NCBI RefSeq assembly: GCF_017876815.1
Contig: NZ_JAGIOS010000001.1
Location: forward strand, 2,790,001 to 2,822,000
Direction of reading: 5' to 3'
Length of the DNA stretch: 32,000 nucleotides
From: Sinorhizobium meliloti
GTDB taxonomy: Bacteria; Pseudomonadota; Alphaproteobacteria; Rhizobiales; Rhizobiaceae
Under the pieces are notes generated by a model. It searched no databases. It worked only from the letters and a program-made list of their open reading frames with translations, and had not been told where the DNA came from. The position numbers were made by a program, and so were the translations under genes. Below, piece after piece: positions 17,989-24,599 of this stretch. The first letter of the stretch is position 1. Every line of letters starts with the position of its first letter.

Positions 17989-18213
17989 ATGAAGGACGTC
18001 GGCAACCGCATTTTCAAGGCCGAGAAGAAGAACCCTGCGGATCGCGCGGATCAGGCCACAATTGCGTCACGCGCCATTATCGAGCAGGAGGCTGCAGCGC
18101 GTGTGAAGAAGACGGCTCGCCTCAAACAGATGCGGCTGGAGAAAGAGGCCGAGGAGGCGGCAAATCCAGTTGCCGCTCCCGCCAAGAAGGGCAAGGCGCA
18201 GAAGCGAAAGTAG
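17989..18213 (+). CDS. Small Lys/Ala/Glu-rich protein, 74 aa, function unknown
   Basis: Track ORF with GGAGGA 6 nt upstream of the ATG. The product MKDVGNRIFKAEKKNPADRADQATIASRAIIEQEAAARVKKTARLKQMRLEKEAEEAANPVAAPAKKGKAQKRK is predicted helical with a basic tail. Confidence 0.55.
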   Translation: MKDVGNRIFKAEKKNPADRADQATIASRAIIEQEAAARVKKTARLKQMRLEKEAEEAANPVAAPAKKGKAQKRK

Positions 18214-18315
18214 CCGGACCTTACGGCATGTTTCTTGAATTCGGCGCTTGCCCTATCCAATAGGGCGGCGCGAAGCGATCGCAAACACTACTCGCGCATC
18301 CCGCGCGGCCGACTC

Positions 18316-19044
18316 CTACCTTTGTGCGGCAACGAGCAGCATCATCGGCCGGTCGACCTCTTCCGCAAGGTCCGGATTGCGGGCGATCTCATCGGCGGTC
18401 GGGCTCCACTCCTGAACGCGGCGGATCGCGAAACCGGCTGCAATCAGGGTGTTCAATGTCGTGCCGAGCGTACGGTGATACTTGACGACGCCCTTGGCGA
18501 GCCAGTCGGTGACTCGCTTTCCTTCGACCGAGTAGCGGTCGAGCGGCCAGATGCGGCGGCCCTCGGCGTCCGTGGACCAGCCAGGGTTCGTCGGGGCCAT
18601 GTAGACCGGGTGTTCGATGGTGAAGACGAAATGCGATCCGGGCAGGAGACTCCTATGGATCGTTCGCACCAACCGGTCGAAGTCTTCGATGTAATGGAAG
18701 GCGAGCGAGCTGTAGGCGAAGCCGAAGCTCGCTTCGGGCAGAACCAGATGCTCGAGGTCGGCGATTCGATACTCGACCGAAGGATCCTCCGTCTCTTGCC
18801 GCGCGCGTGCGATCATTTTCTCGGAGAGGTCGAGGCCAAGGACTTGAGCCGCGCCGTTCTCCCGCGCCCAGCGGGCGAACCAGCCGAAGCCGCAGCCGAG
18901 ATCCAGGACGCGCAAGTCCCTGAGATCGGGCAGCATTGCGCGGATTGCGGGCCATTCGGCAGCGCCGGCGAGTCCATGCAGGGATCGCCCGAGTTGACTG
19001 TAGCCGGTGAAGAATTCGGGTCTGTCGTAAACGTTCTGTGCCAT
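18316..19044 (-). CDS. Class I SAM-dependent methyltransferase
   Basis: The 242-aa ORF has SAM-binding motif I, VLDLGCGFGWF, followed by an acidic loop (GLDLSEKMI) and then FGFAYSSLAFHYIEDF. This fits the Methyltransf_11/25 type. Confidence 0.88.
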   Translation of the reverse strand: MAQNVYDRPEFFTGYSQLGRSLHGLAGAAEWPAIRAMLPDLRDLRVLDLGCGFGWFARWARENGAAQVLGLDLSEKMIARARQETEDPSVEYRIADLEHLVLPEASFGFAYSSLAFHYIEDFDRLVRTIHRSLLPGSHFVFTIEHPVYMAPTNPGWSTDAEGRRIWPLDRYSVEGKRVTDWLAKGVVKYHRTLGTTLNTLIAAGFAIRRVQEWSPTADEIARNPDLAEEVDRPMMLLVAAQR

Positions 19045-19081
19045 TTTCCATCTCCATGATGCCGATGGACGGGCGCCTGAA

Positions 19082-19188
19082 CTACAGCGCCGCGCGTCTT
19101 ATCAGACGTGCAAAGGTCGCTGTAGCACTTTGATCTGCCGCATGTTTTTGTCCTTTAATCGAATGCGATCAAAGGAAACATGCAGTAG
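19082..19188 (+). repeat. Two-hairpin intergenic repeat, copy A (long form)
   Basis: Copy A starts with CTACAGCGCCGCGCGTCT, followed by a 21-nt segment and then TGTAGCACTTTGATCTGC. An imperfect hairpin follows (GCATGTTTTTGTCCTTTAATCG...CGATCAAAGGAAACATGC). Apart from the 21-nt segment and a few mismatches, it is the reverse complement of copy B (19466-19546). Confidence 0.8.
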
Positions 19189-19465
19189 AAGAAAGCCCCG
19201 TCCGCTTGGGCGAGGCTGCGGGGTTACGCGTGCTTGCGCATGCAATAGAACGCGCGGCGCTGTTGTCAGCGTGTGCGAAGCCCCTGCATCCCGCCTGTTG
19301 GGATGCCGGCGAACCGGGCGACAATGTGGGTGTCATGTTCACACATGGCGTGGCTATCCCATGGAAAACGTTAGGGGTCAAGCCTGCGCAGCATCCCCAG
19401 CTTTCGGTTTGTCACCGTGACAAGATTTGGGTGGCGGTTGCATTTGGGTCAGCTAGCTTGACCCA

Positions 19466-19546
19466 CTGCTGCATGTTTCCTTTGATCGTAACCAATCAAA
19501 GGAAACATGCAGCAGATCAAAGTGCTACAGACGCGCGGCGCTGTAG
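19466..19546 (-). repeat. Two-hairpin intergenic repeat, copy B (short form, inverted relative to A)
   Basis: A perfect 21-bp stem pairs CTGCTGCATGTTTCCTTTGAT (19466-19486) with ATCAAAGGAAACATGCAGCAG (19495-19515) around an 8-nt loop. The tail is ATCAAAGTGCTACAGACGCGCGGCGCTGTAG (19516-19546). Confidence 0.8.
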
Positions 19547-19629
19547 GGGCGCCGCCCGGGGAGATTGCTCGATGCGAATCCCAGGTTTGCAGCGGCGTCC
19601 TCGGCAGACCCGCGGCTTTGGAGGAACTC

Positions 19630-20223
19630 ATGCAACTGGATACGCTTCTGGCGCTGTTCCTGTTTGCCTTCACGACATCGATCACGCCCGGACCGAACAA
19701 CATGATGCTGTTCGCCTCGGGCGTGAACTTCGGTTTCGTGCGCACGATTCCGCATATGCTGGGGATCGGCATCGGCTTCTTCGTTCTTCTCATTGCCGTG
19801 GGGCTCGGTCTCGGCGCACTGCTTCATTCCGTGCCGCTCCTCTATACGGCCCTGAAGTTCGCCGGCGGCGCATATCTCGTCTGGATCGCCTGGAAGATCG
19901 GCACGTCTCGCTCGCTCGGCGAAGGGAGGGCGAATGCGGTGCCGATGACCTTCCTGCAGGCGGCTGCTTTCCAATGGGTCAATCCGAAGGCCTGGGTAAT
20001 GGCGGTTTCGGCCATGGCCACCTATACGAGCAGCGACAGCTATCTCATGAGCGTGCTCGTCGTCGGCCTCGTCTTCGCGCTCGTCAACGTGCCGAGCGTC
20101 TCGACCTGGGCGGGTTTCGGCTCGGCCCTCAGGCAATGGCTCTCGGAACCTGCGCGACTCAAATGGTTCAACATCACCATGGCCGTCTTGCTCGTCGTCA
20201 GCCTTTGGCCGATGCTCAGGTAG
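19630..20223 (+). CDS. LysE/RhtB family amino-acid exporter
   Basis: Track ORF 19507..20223. Its first 41 codons lie inside repeat B and are not membrane-like. The ATG at 19630 (GGAGGA upstream) gives a 197-aa polytopic membrane protein: MQLDTLLALFLFAFTTSITPGPNNMMLFASGVNFG.... Confidence 0.88.
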   Translation: MQLDTLLALFLFAFTTSITPGPNNMMLFASGVNFGFVRTIPHMLGIGIGFFVLLIAVGLGLGALLHSVPLLYTALKFAGGAYLVWIAWKIGTSRSLGEGRANAVPMTFLQAAAFQWVNPKAWVMAVSAMATYTSSDSYLMSVLVVGLVFALVNVPSVSTWAGFGSALRQWLSEPARLKWFNITMAVLLVVSLWPMLR

Positions 20224-20290
20224 TCGGCCGACAGGGGACGTTTTAGGGTCAATGCATTAAGATCAGCAGCCTTCTGTAGAGGAGCCAGGA

Positions 20291-20932
20291 ATGTCCGAAC
20301 ATCATCATGGGCATGGCGACGATCACGGCCATCACCACGACAACCACCTGACCGACATGGAAGCCCGGGTAAAGGCGTTGGAGACGGTGCTGACGGAAAA
20401 GGGTTTGATCGATCCTGCGGCGATCGACGCGATCGTCGACGCGTACGAGACGAAGGTGGGACCGCGAAACGGCGCACGCGTCGTCGCCAAGGCCTGGAGC
20501 GATCCGGGTTTTGCCGATTGGCTGAAACGCGACGCGACCGCGGCGATCGCCAGCCTCGGCTTTACCGGGCGCCAGGGCGAGCACATGCGTGCGGTGTTCA
20601 ACACGTCCGAGACGCACAACCTCATCGTCTGTACGCTGTGCTCCTGCTATCCCTGGGCAGTGCTGGGGCTGCCGCCGGTCTGGTACAAGGCGCCGCCCTA
20701 TCGTTCGCGCGCCGTCATCGATCCCCGCGGCGTGCTTGCCGAATTCGGGCTCGAGCTGTCGGCTGAAAAGAAGGTCCGCGTCTGGGATTCGACGGCCGAG
20801 CTCCGCTACCTCGTCGTGCCCGAGCGGCCGGAAGGGACCGACGGCTTCGGCGAGGACGCGCTGGCGGAGCTCGTGACGCGCGATTCCATGATCGGCACCG
20901 GGCTCGCCCTTTCGCCGGAGGATGTGCGATGA
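20291..20932 (+). CDS. nthA: Nitrile hydratase alpha subunit, cobalt type, with His-rich N-terminus
   Basis: The metal-binding motif is [10 protein letters not shown]. Thr and Tyr in this motif indicate the Co type, whereas Fe-type enzymes have VCSLCSCT. GAGGAG lies upstream. The N-terminus [19 protein letters not shown] has 9 His in 19 residues. Confidence 0.93.
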   Translation: MSEHHHGHGDDHGHHHDNHLTDMEARVKALETVLTEKGLIDPAAIDAIVDAYETKVGPRNGARVVAKAWSDPGFADWLKRDATAAIASLGFTGRQGEHMRAVFNTSETHNLIVCTLCSCYPWAVLGLPPVWYKAPPYRSRAVIDPRGVLAEFGLELSAEKKVRVWDSTAELRYLVVPERPEGTDGFGEDALAELVTRDSMIGTGLALSPEDVR

Positions 20933-21588
20933 ACGGTCCGCATGATCTCGGCGGCCAGCATGGCATGGGCCCGATCGCTCCGGAACGCAATGAGCCCATT
21001 TTCCATGCAGAGTGGGAGAAGCGGGCGCTCGGCATCACGCTTTCCTGTGGCGCTTTCGGTGCCTGGACGCTGGACGAAAGCCGGCACGCGCGCGAAAGCC
21101 TGGCCCCGGCGACCTATCTCTCCGCGAGCTATTATGAAATCTGGACTCGAGCCCTGGAAACGCTTCTCAAGCGCCATGGCTTCGTGACGCAGGCCGAGCT
21201 CGATGCCGGCCATATGCTCGACAAGGGGCGGGAGCCGAAACGGGTGCTCACAGCGGACATGGTGGCCGGCGTGCTCGCCAAGGGCGGGCCATGCGACCGG
21301 CCGGTCGAAGCGCCGCCGCGCTTTGCCGCCGGCGACAGTGTGCGTACGAAGAACTTCAATCCGGAGAGCCACACGCGCCTGCCGCGCTACGCCCGCGCCC
21401 GGACAAGCATGGTGGAGGCCGTGCAGGGCAGCTTCGTCTTCCCGGACGACAACGCCCACGGCAAGGGCGAGAACCCGCAATGGCTCTACATGGTGGTCTT
21501 CGATGCCGGCGAGATCTGGGGTGAGGGCGCGGACCCGACGCTTACCGTCTCCATCGATGCCTGGGAGAGCTATCTTGAACACGCTTAG
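20929..21588 (+). CDS. nthB: Nitrile hydratase beta subunit
   Basis: The 219-aa ORF begins [16 protein letters not shown]...[15 protein letters not shown], a typical NHase beta N-terminus. Its start forms an ATGA overlap with the alpha stop. Confidence 0.92.
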   Translation: MNGPHDLGGQHGMGPIAPERNEPIFHAEWEKRALGITLSCGAFGAWTLDESRHARESLAPATYLSASYYEIWTRALETLLKRHGFVTQAELDAGHMLDKGREPKRVLTADMVAGVLAKGGPCDRPVEAPPRFAAGDSVRTKNFNPESHTRLPRYARARTSMVEAVQGSFVFPDDNAHGKGENPQWLYMVVFDAGEIWGEGADPTLTVSIDAWESYLEHA

Positions 21589-21961
21589 ATCGACGCCTGC
21601 TCTTCCCCGTTCCCCGCTTCTGGCTTCGGCGGAACTGCCGAAATCGCGCGAGGGCGACCCCGTCTTTGCCGAGCCCTGGCAGGCGGTAGCCTTCGCCATG
21701 ACCGTGCGGCTTCATGAGCAGGGCGTATTTTCATGGAGCGAATGGGCGGAAGCGCTTTCGGCCGAGCTCTACAAGCCCGGCCGCAGGGCGGACGGGACCG
21801 ACTATTACGATTGCTGGGTTGCGGCGCTGAGCCGCCTGGTGACGGAACTCTCCATCGCTTCCGGTCCCGAACTGGAAGCGCTGGTCGGCAGCTGGCAGCG
21901 CGCAGCGGAAGCGACGCCGCACGGAACGCCGATTGCGCTCGCGAACGATCCTCTGCGTTGA
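21557..21961 (+). CDS. Nitrile hydratase accessory (activator) protein
   Basis: This is the tail of track ORF 21203..21961. It contains ...GDPVFAEPWQAVAFAMTVRLHEQGVFSWSEWAEALSAEL..., matching the accessory-protein family as I recall it. The start is uncertain: ATG 21557 overlaps nthB by 32 nt, and TTG 21575 is an alternative. Confidence 0.75.
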   Translation: MPGRAILNTLRSTPALPRSPLLASAELPKSREGDPVFAEPWQAVAFAMTVRLHEQGVFSWSEWAEALSAELYKPGRRADGTDYYDCWVAALSRLVTELSIASGPELEALVGSWQRAAEATPHGTPIALANDPLR

Positions 21962-21980
21962 AGCATCACCCGCCGTTCCA

Positions 21981-22790
21981 TCAAGAGCTCTCTGATCCCT
22001 CGAACTGGCGATAACATTCGTCGGCAACCTTCTGCAGCAGCTCGCGCGGTACTTCGCCGGTGACGGCATAGCCGATTTCACCGTCGATCCAGTAGAACGT
22101 CTCGACATTTCCCTGGCTGGCGATCCGGAAGCTCGTTTCGCGGTTCTCGGTGTTGCGGCCGAGAAGCACCGTCAGCCGCCCCCCGGTCCCGTCTTCATAC
22201 ATCAGCATCGCGCCTGCCTTGCCATTGACCGGGATGAGCCGTCCTCCGACGAGCGAGAAGCCGAGCGACGAAAGATCGGGGATTTTCAGCGCGTAGTCGA
22301 GACGCTTGCCGAGCCATGTGGCGAGATGATCCCGCTCGCCGGCGCCGACCTCCACGGGGTGGCGCACTTCGCTGGCATAGATCAGGAAAGCCGACTGCGC
22401 CTGCCGGGGGAGAGCCTCGGAGGCCGCGGCGGCCAATTGCGATTGCGGGACGATGAGATCGCGTGCGTAGGCGCCGGCGAGCGCGCCTGCGGCGAAGATC
22501 AGAAATCCGGCGGCGAGGCGCCGCAGCGTGGGCGCGGGTGATGCGAGACCGGTGCTTCCTGCCGAACGGCGGGCCCTTACCAGAGCGCGATCGTTCTCGC
22601 CGCTGCGGGCATAGGAGGCGAAATTCTGTTTCAGTGCCGCCGCCTGGGCCTGCCACTGGCGCACCTCTTCGGCCCTTGCCGGGTGCCTTTCCAACCAGGA
22701 TGCGATGCGTTCGCGCTCCGGTGGGCTCAATTGGCCATCCACATAGGCGTGCAGTTCGTCTTCGGAGACGGTTTCGAATTCGTCGGTCAT
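21981..22790 (-). CDS. Anti-sigma factor (single-pass membrane, non-zinc type)
   Basis: The 269-aa ORF has the N-terminal anti-sigma domain pattern ELHAYVDGQLSPPERERIASWLERHP. One TM segment (LAAGFLIFAAGALAGAYA) precedes a periplasmic C-terminal domain. Its start overlaps the stop of the upstream ECF sigma gene (ATGA). Confidence 0.8.
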   Translation of the reverse strand: MTDEFETVSEDELHAYVDGQLSPPERERIASWLERHPARAEEVRQWQAQAAALKQNFASYARSGENDRALVRARRSAGSTGLASPAPTLRRLAAGFLIFAAGALAGAYARDLIVPQSQLAAAASEALPRQAQSAFLIYASEVRHPVEVGAGERDHLATWLGKRLDYALKIPDLSSLGFSLVGGRLIPVNGKAGAMLMYEDGTGGRLTVLLGRNTENRETSFRIASQGNVETFYWIDGEIGYAVTGEVPRELLQKVADECYRQFEGSESS

Positions 22791-23341
22791 TTCGGTCTCC
22801 GCAGGGCGATCACGTTATCGTCCTTCATCGCTTCGGCAAGCTGGCGGCGGGCCCGGGAGAGGCGGGACATCACCGTCCCGATCGGGATTTCCATCATGTC
22901 GGCCACGTCCTGGTAGCGATAACCCTCTATGACGACGAGCATCAAGACGGCTCGGTTGTCGGCCGAGAGCCGCTCGAGCCCGCGCATCAGGCGTTGCCGC
23001 TCCAGGGGATCCGCATTGTCCTCCTCCGCACGAAGGCCGAGCGCCTCGTCGAACTCCACTTCGGGATGCTGGGCACGGCGGCGGTGGCCGTTGCGAAAAA
23101 GATTGGTCATGATGGTGAAGGCCCAGGCGCGCAGGTTCACGCCCCGCCATTGTTCACGTCTTGCGAGCACTTTCTCGACGCAGTCCTGCAACAGATCTTC
23201 GCCGTCGGGATCGGAGTGGGCGAGGCTGCGCGAATAGCGCCTGAGCGCCGGCATCAATTCCAGGACCTCTTCCTCGAAAGCATCAGGGGCGGCGGGATCG
23301 GCCCGCGCCCCTGTTTCCGGACCGTCAGGGCCGTGCGACAT
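22787..23341 (-). CDS. ECF-family RNA polymerase sigma factor
   Basis: The 184-aa ORF has region 2 (DLLQDCVEKVLARREQW...RAWAFTIMTNLFRN) and region 4 (LMLVVIEGYRYQDVADMMEIPIGTVMSRLSRARRQL). Confidence 0.92.
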   Translation of the reverse strand: MSHGPDGPETGARADPAAPDAFEEEVLELMPALRRYSRSLAHSDPDGEDLLQDCVEKVLARREQWRGVNLRAWAFTIMTNLFRNGHRRRAQHPEVEFDEALGLRAEEDNADPLERQRLMRGLERLSADNRAVLMLVVIEGYRYQDVADMMEIPIGTVMSRLSRARRQLAEAMKDDNVIALRRPK

Positions 23342-23699
23342 CCCATTCGCCCTTCACGCCGTCGCCGGTAACGTCACCCATCTTCTCGTCCTTTACCCAG
23401 AAATAAAGCGGCATTCCGTCCTTCGCCCATTGCTTGGTGCCGTCCTTTCGCTCAACGATCGAATAGGCACCCTCGGCCGCTGCATCGCCTTCCACCATGA
23501 AGGGCGGCCAATTCTTGGCGCAGGCATCATAGCAGGCGGAGACGCCTTTCTGGTCGTCCTTGTAGGTGTAGAGCGTCATTCCGTTCTCGGCGGCGAGCAC
23601 AGGGCCTTTCTCTGATTCGACCGTTTTCACCGGCGGAGCGGCGAAGGCGGCGGCGGCCGTGCCAAGGGAAATGGCGATGGTCAACGCAAGCGTTCTCAT
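23325..23699 (-). CDS. Secreted COG4315 / Lipoprotein_15-repeat protein
   Basis: Track ORF 23325..23714. I prefer the ATG at 23699 (GAGGAGGAAACCC upstream). It has a signal peptide (MRTLALTIAISLGTAAAAFA). Two repeats of the G-x-x-LY-x-x-x-x-D type are present (GMTLYTYKDD and GMPLYFWVKD), and CYDACAKNWPP lies between them. It overlaps the sigma gene start by 17 nt. Confidence 0.8.
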   Translation of the reverse strand: MRTLALTIAISLGTAAAAFAAPPVKTVESEKGPVLAAENGMTLYTYKDDQKGVSACYDACAKNWPPFMVEGDAAAEGAYSIVERKDGTKQWAKDGMPLYFWVKDEKMGDVTGDGVKGEWDVARP

Positions 23700-23758
23700 G
23701 GGTTTCCTCCTCAAGATGTCTTCAACGCAGAACCGCGCACGGGCGGGTTCGAGGATAA

Positions 23759-23784
23759 GACACGGAGGGCTATGGATTTATTCC
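23759..23784 (-). promoter_or_regulatory. Candidate ECF-type promoter (GGAAT-N15-CGTGTC) for the COG4315-sigma-antisigma operon
   Basis: On the minus strand, GGAAT (23784-23780) and CGTGTC (23764-23759) are separated by 15 nt. The site lies about 60 nt upstream of the first gene's ATG. Many ECF sigmas autoregulate from GGAAC/T...GTC promoters. This is a weak by-eye match. Confidence 0.3.
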
Positions 23785-23955
23785 CGGCGCGAGTGACGAT
23801 ACGGACAAGCAGGAGCTTGCCGCCTTCGGACCACGCGGACGCGGTGACGCAGGTAGATCGATGGCGCTGGCCGGGTTTTCCGCGCGGCTGGTCCCTTCGA
23901 CAAAGGAGTGTTGTTTCCATTGACAACACAAAATTCCGTTGTTAGTCATGATAAC

Positions 23956-24237
23956 ATGAGCGCGGTCCTGCTATCCAAGGAACGATCGGTCCTAAGCGAA
24001 GAGGCGTTCTTTGAAATCGTCATTTGGCAGGTTCCCGCGCCGGTTCCGGGCAGCGCTCACCTGTACAAGTATCGGCTCGCCCTCGTGGTGAAAGGCGAAT
24101 GTGTTCTCCGTTACGACAATGAGCGAGGCAAAGGCGACCATCGCCACGTCGGAGAGCACGAGGAGCCAATTACCTTTTCATCGCTGGATGACCTCCTGAT
24201 CGCTTTCCAGCAGGACATTGAAAGGATGGCCCTATGA
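23956..24237 (+). CDS. DUF6516-like protein (putative toxin-like partner), 93 aa
   Basis: Track ORF 23908..24237 has a GTG start. I prefer the ATG at 23956 because a TTGACA-N17-TAGTCA promoter-like element (23920-23948) lies inside the longer version. The core reads FFEIVIWQVPAPVPGSAHLYKYRLALVVKGECVLRYDNERGKGDHRHVGEHEEPITF. It matches my memory of DUF6516 proteins, which some annotations call TumE-family toxin-antitoxin components. This was not searched. Confidence 0.65.
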   Translation: MSAVLLSKERSVLSEEAFFEIVIWQVPAPVPGSAHLYKYRLALVVKGECVLRYDNERGKGDHRHVGEHEEPITFSSLDDLLIAFQQDIERMAL

Positions 24238-24593
24238 ATACACTCATTGTTCGGTTGGGCGGCATGGACGATATCCGCAACAGGATCGCAGTTGCCGCCA
24301 AGCTCGCCTCGGAGGGAAAAGACCCCGAGGCCAATTCCACTCTCAATTTCGCCAGTTATGAGGATATGCACCGCATCCTCGCCCCGTCCCGTCTCGCTCT
24401 CGTCAAGACATTGGCCGGACAGGGCGCATTGTCGATCAGGGAACTCGCGCGTCGTGTCGGCCGCGATGTGCAGGCCGTTCATCGCGACGTAACCACTCTC
24501 ATCAATTCCGGCGTTATCGAGCGTTCCGACAAGGGGGTCGAATTTCCCTACGAAAATATCCATTTCGAGTTCGACGTAAGAGCCGCCGCTTGA
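24234..24593 (+). CDS. Winged-helix (MarR/ArsR-like) DNA-binding protein, partner of the DUF6516-like gene
   Basis: The 119-aa ORF forms an ATGA overlap with the upstream gene. The wHTH segment is LALVKTLAGQGALSIRELARRVGRDVQAVHRDVTTLINSGVIER. Confidence 0.72.
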   Translation: MNTLIVRLGGMDDIRNRIAVAAKLASEGKDPEANSTLNFASYEDMHRILAPSRLALVKTLAGQGALSIRELARRVGRDVQAVHRDVTTLINSGVIERSDKGVEFPYENIHFEFDVRAAA

Positions 24594-24599
24594 ATTCAT

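Noticed and set aside
19206-20246. 346-aa plus-strand ORF and other ORFs (19130..19420, 19169..19381) across the repeat-flanked intergenic region, considered as possible genes or as a riboswitch for the LysE exporter.
   Set aside because: These ORFs run through the repeats and out of frame through the LysE gene. Their composition is Arg/Ala/Gly-rich and they have no SD. I recognise no known riboswitch core motif in 19189-19465, although an sRNA cannot be excluded without expression data.
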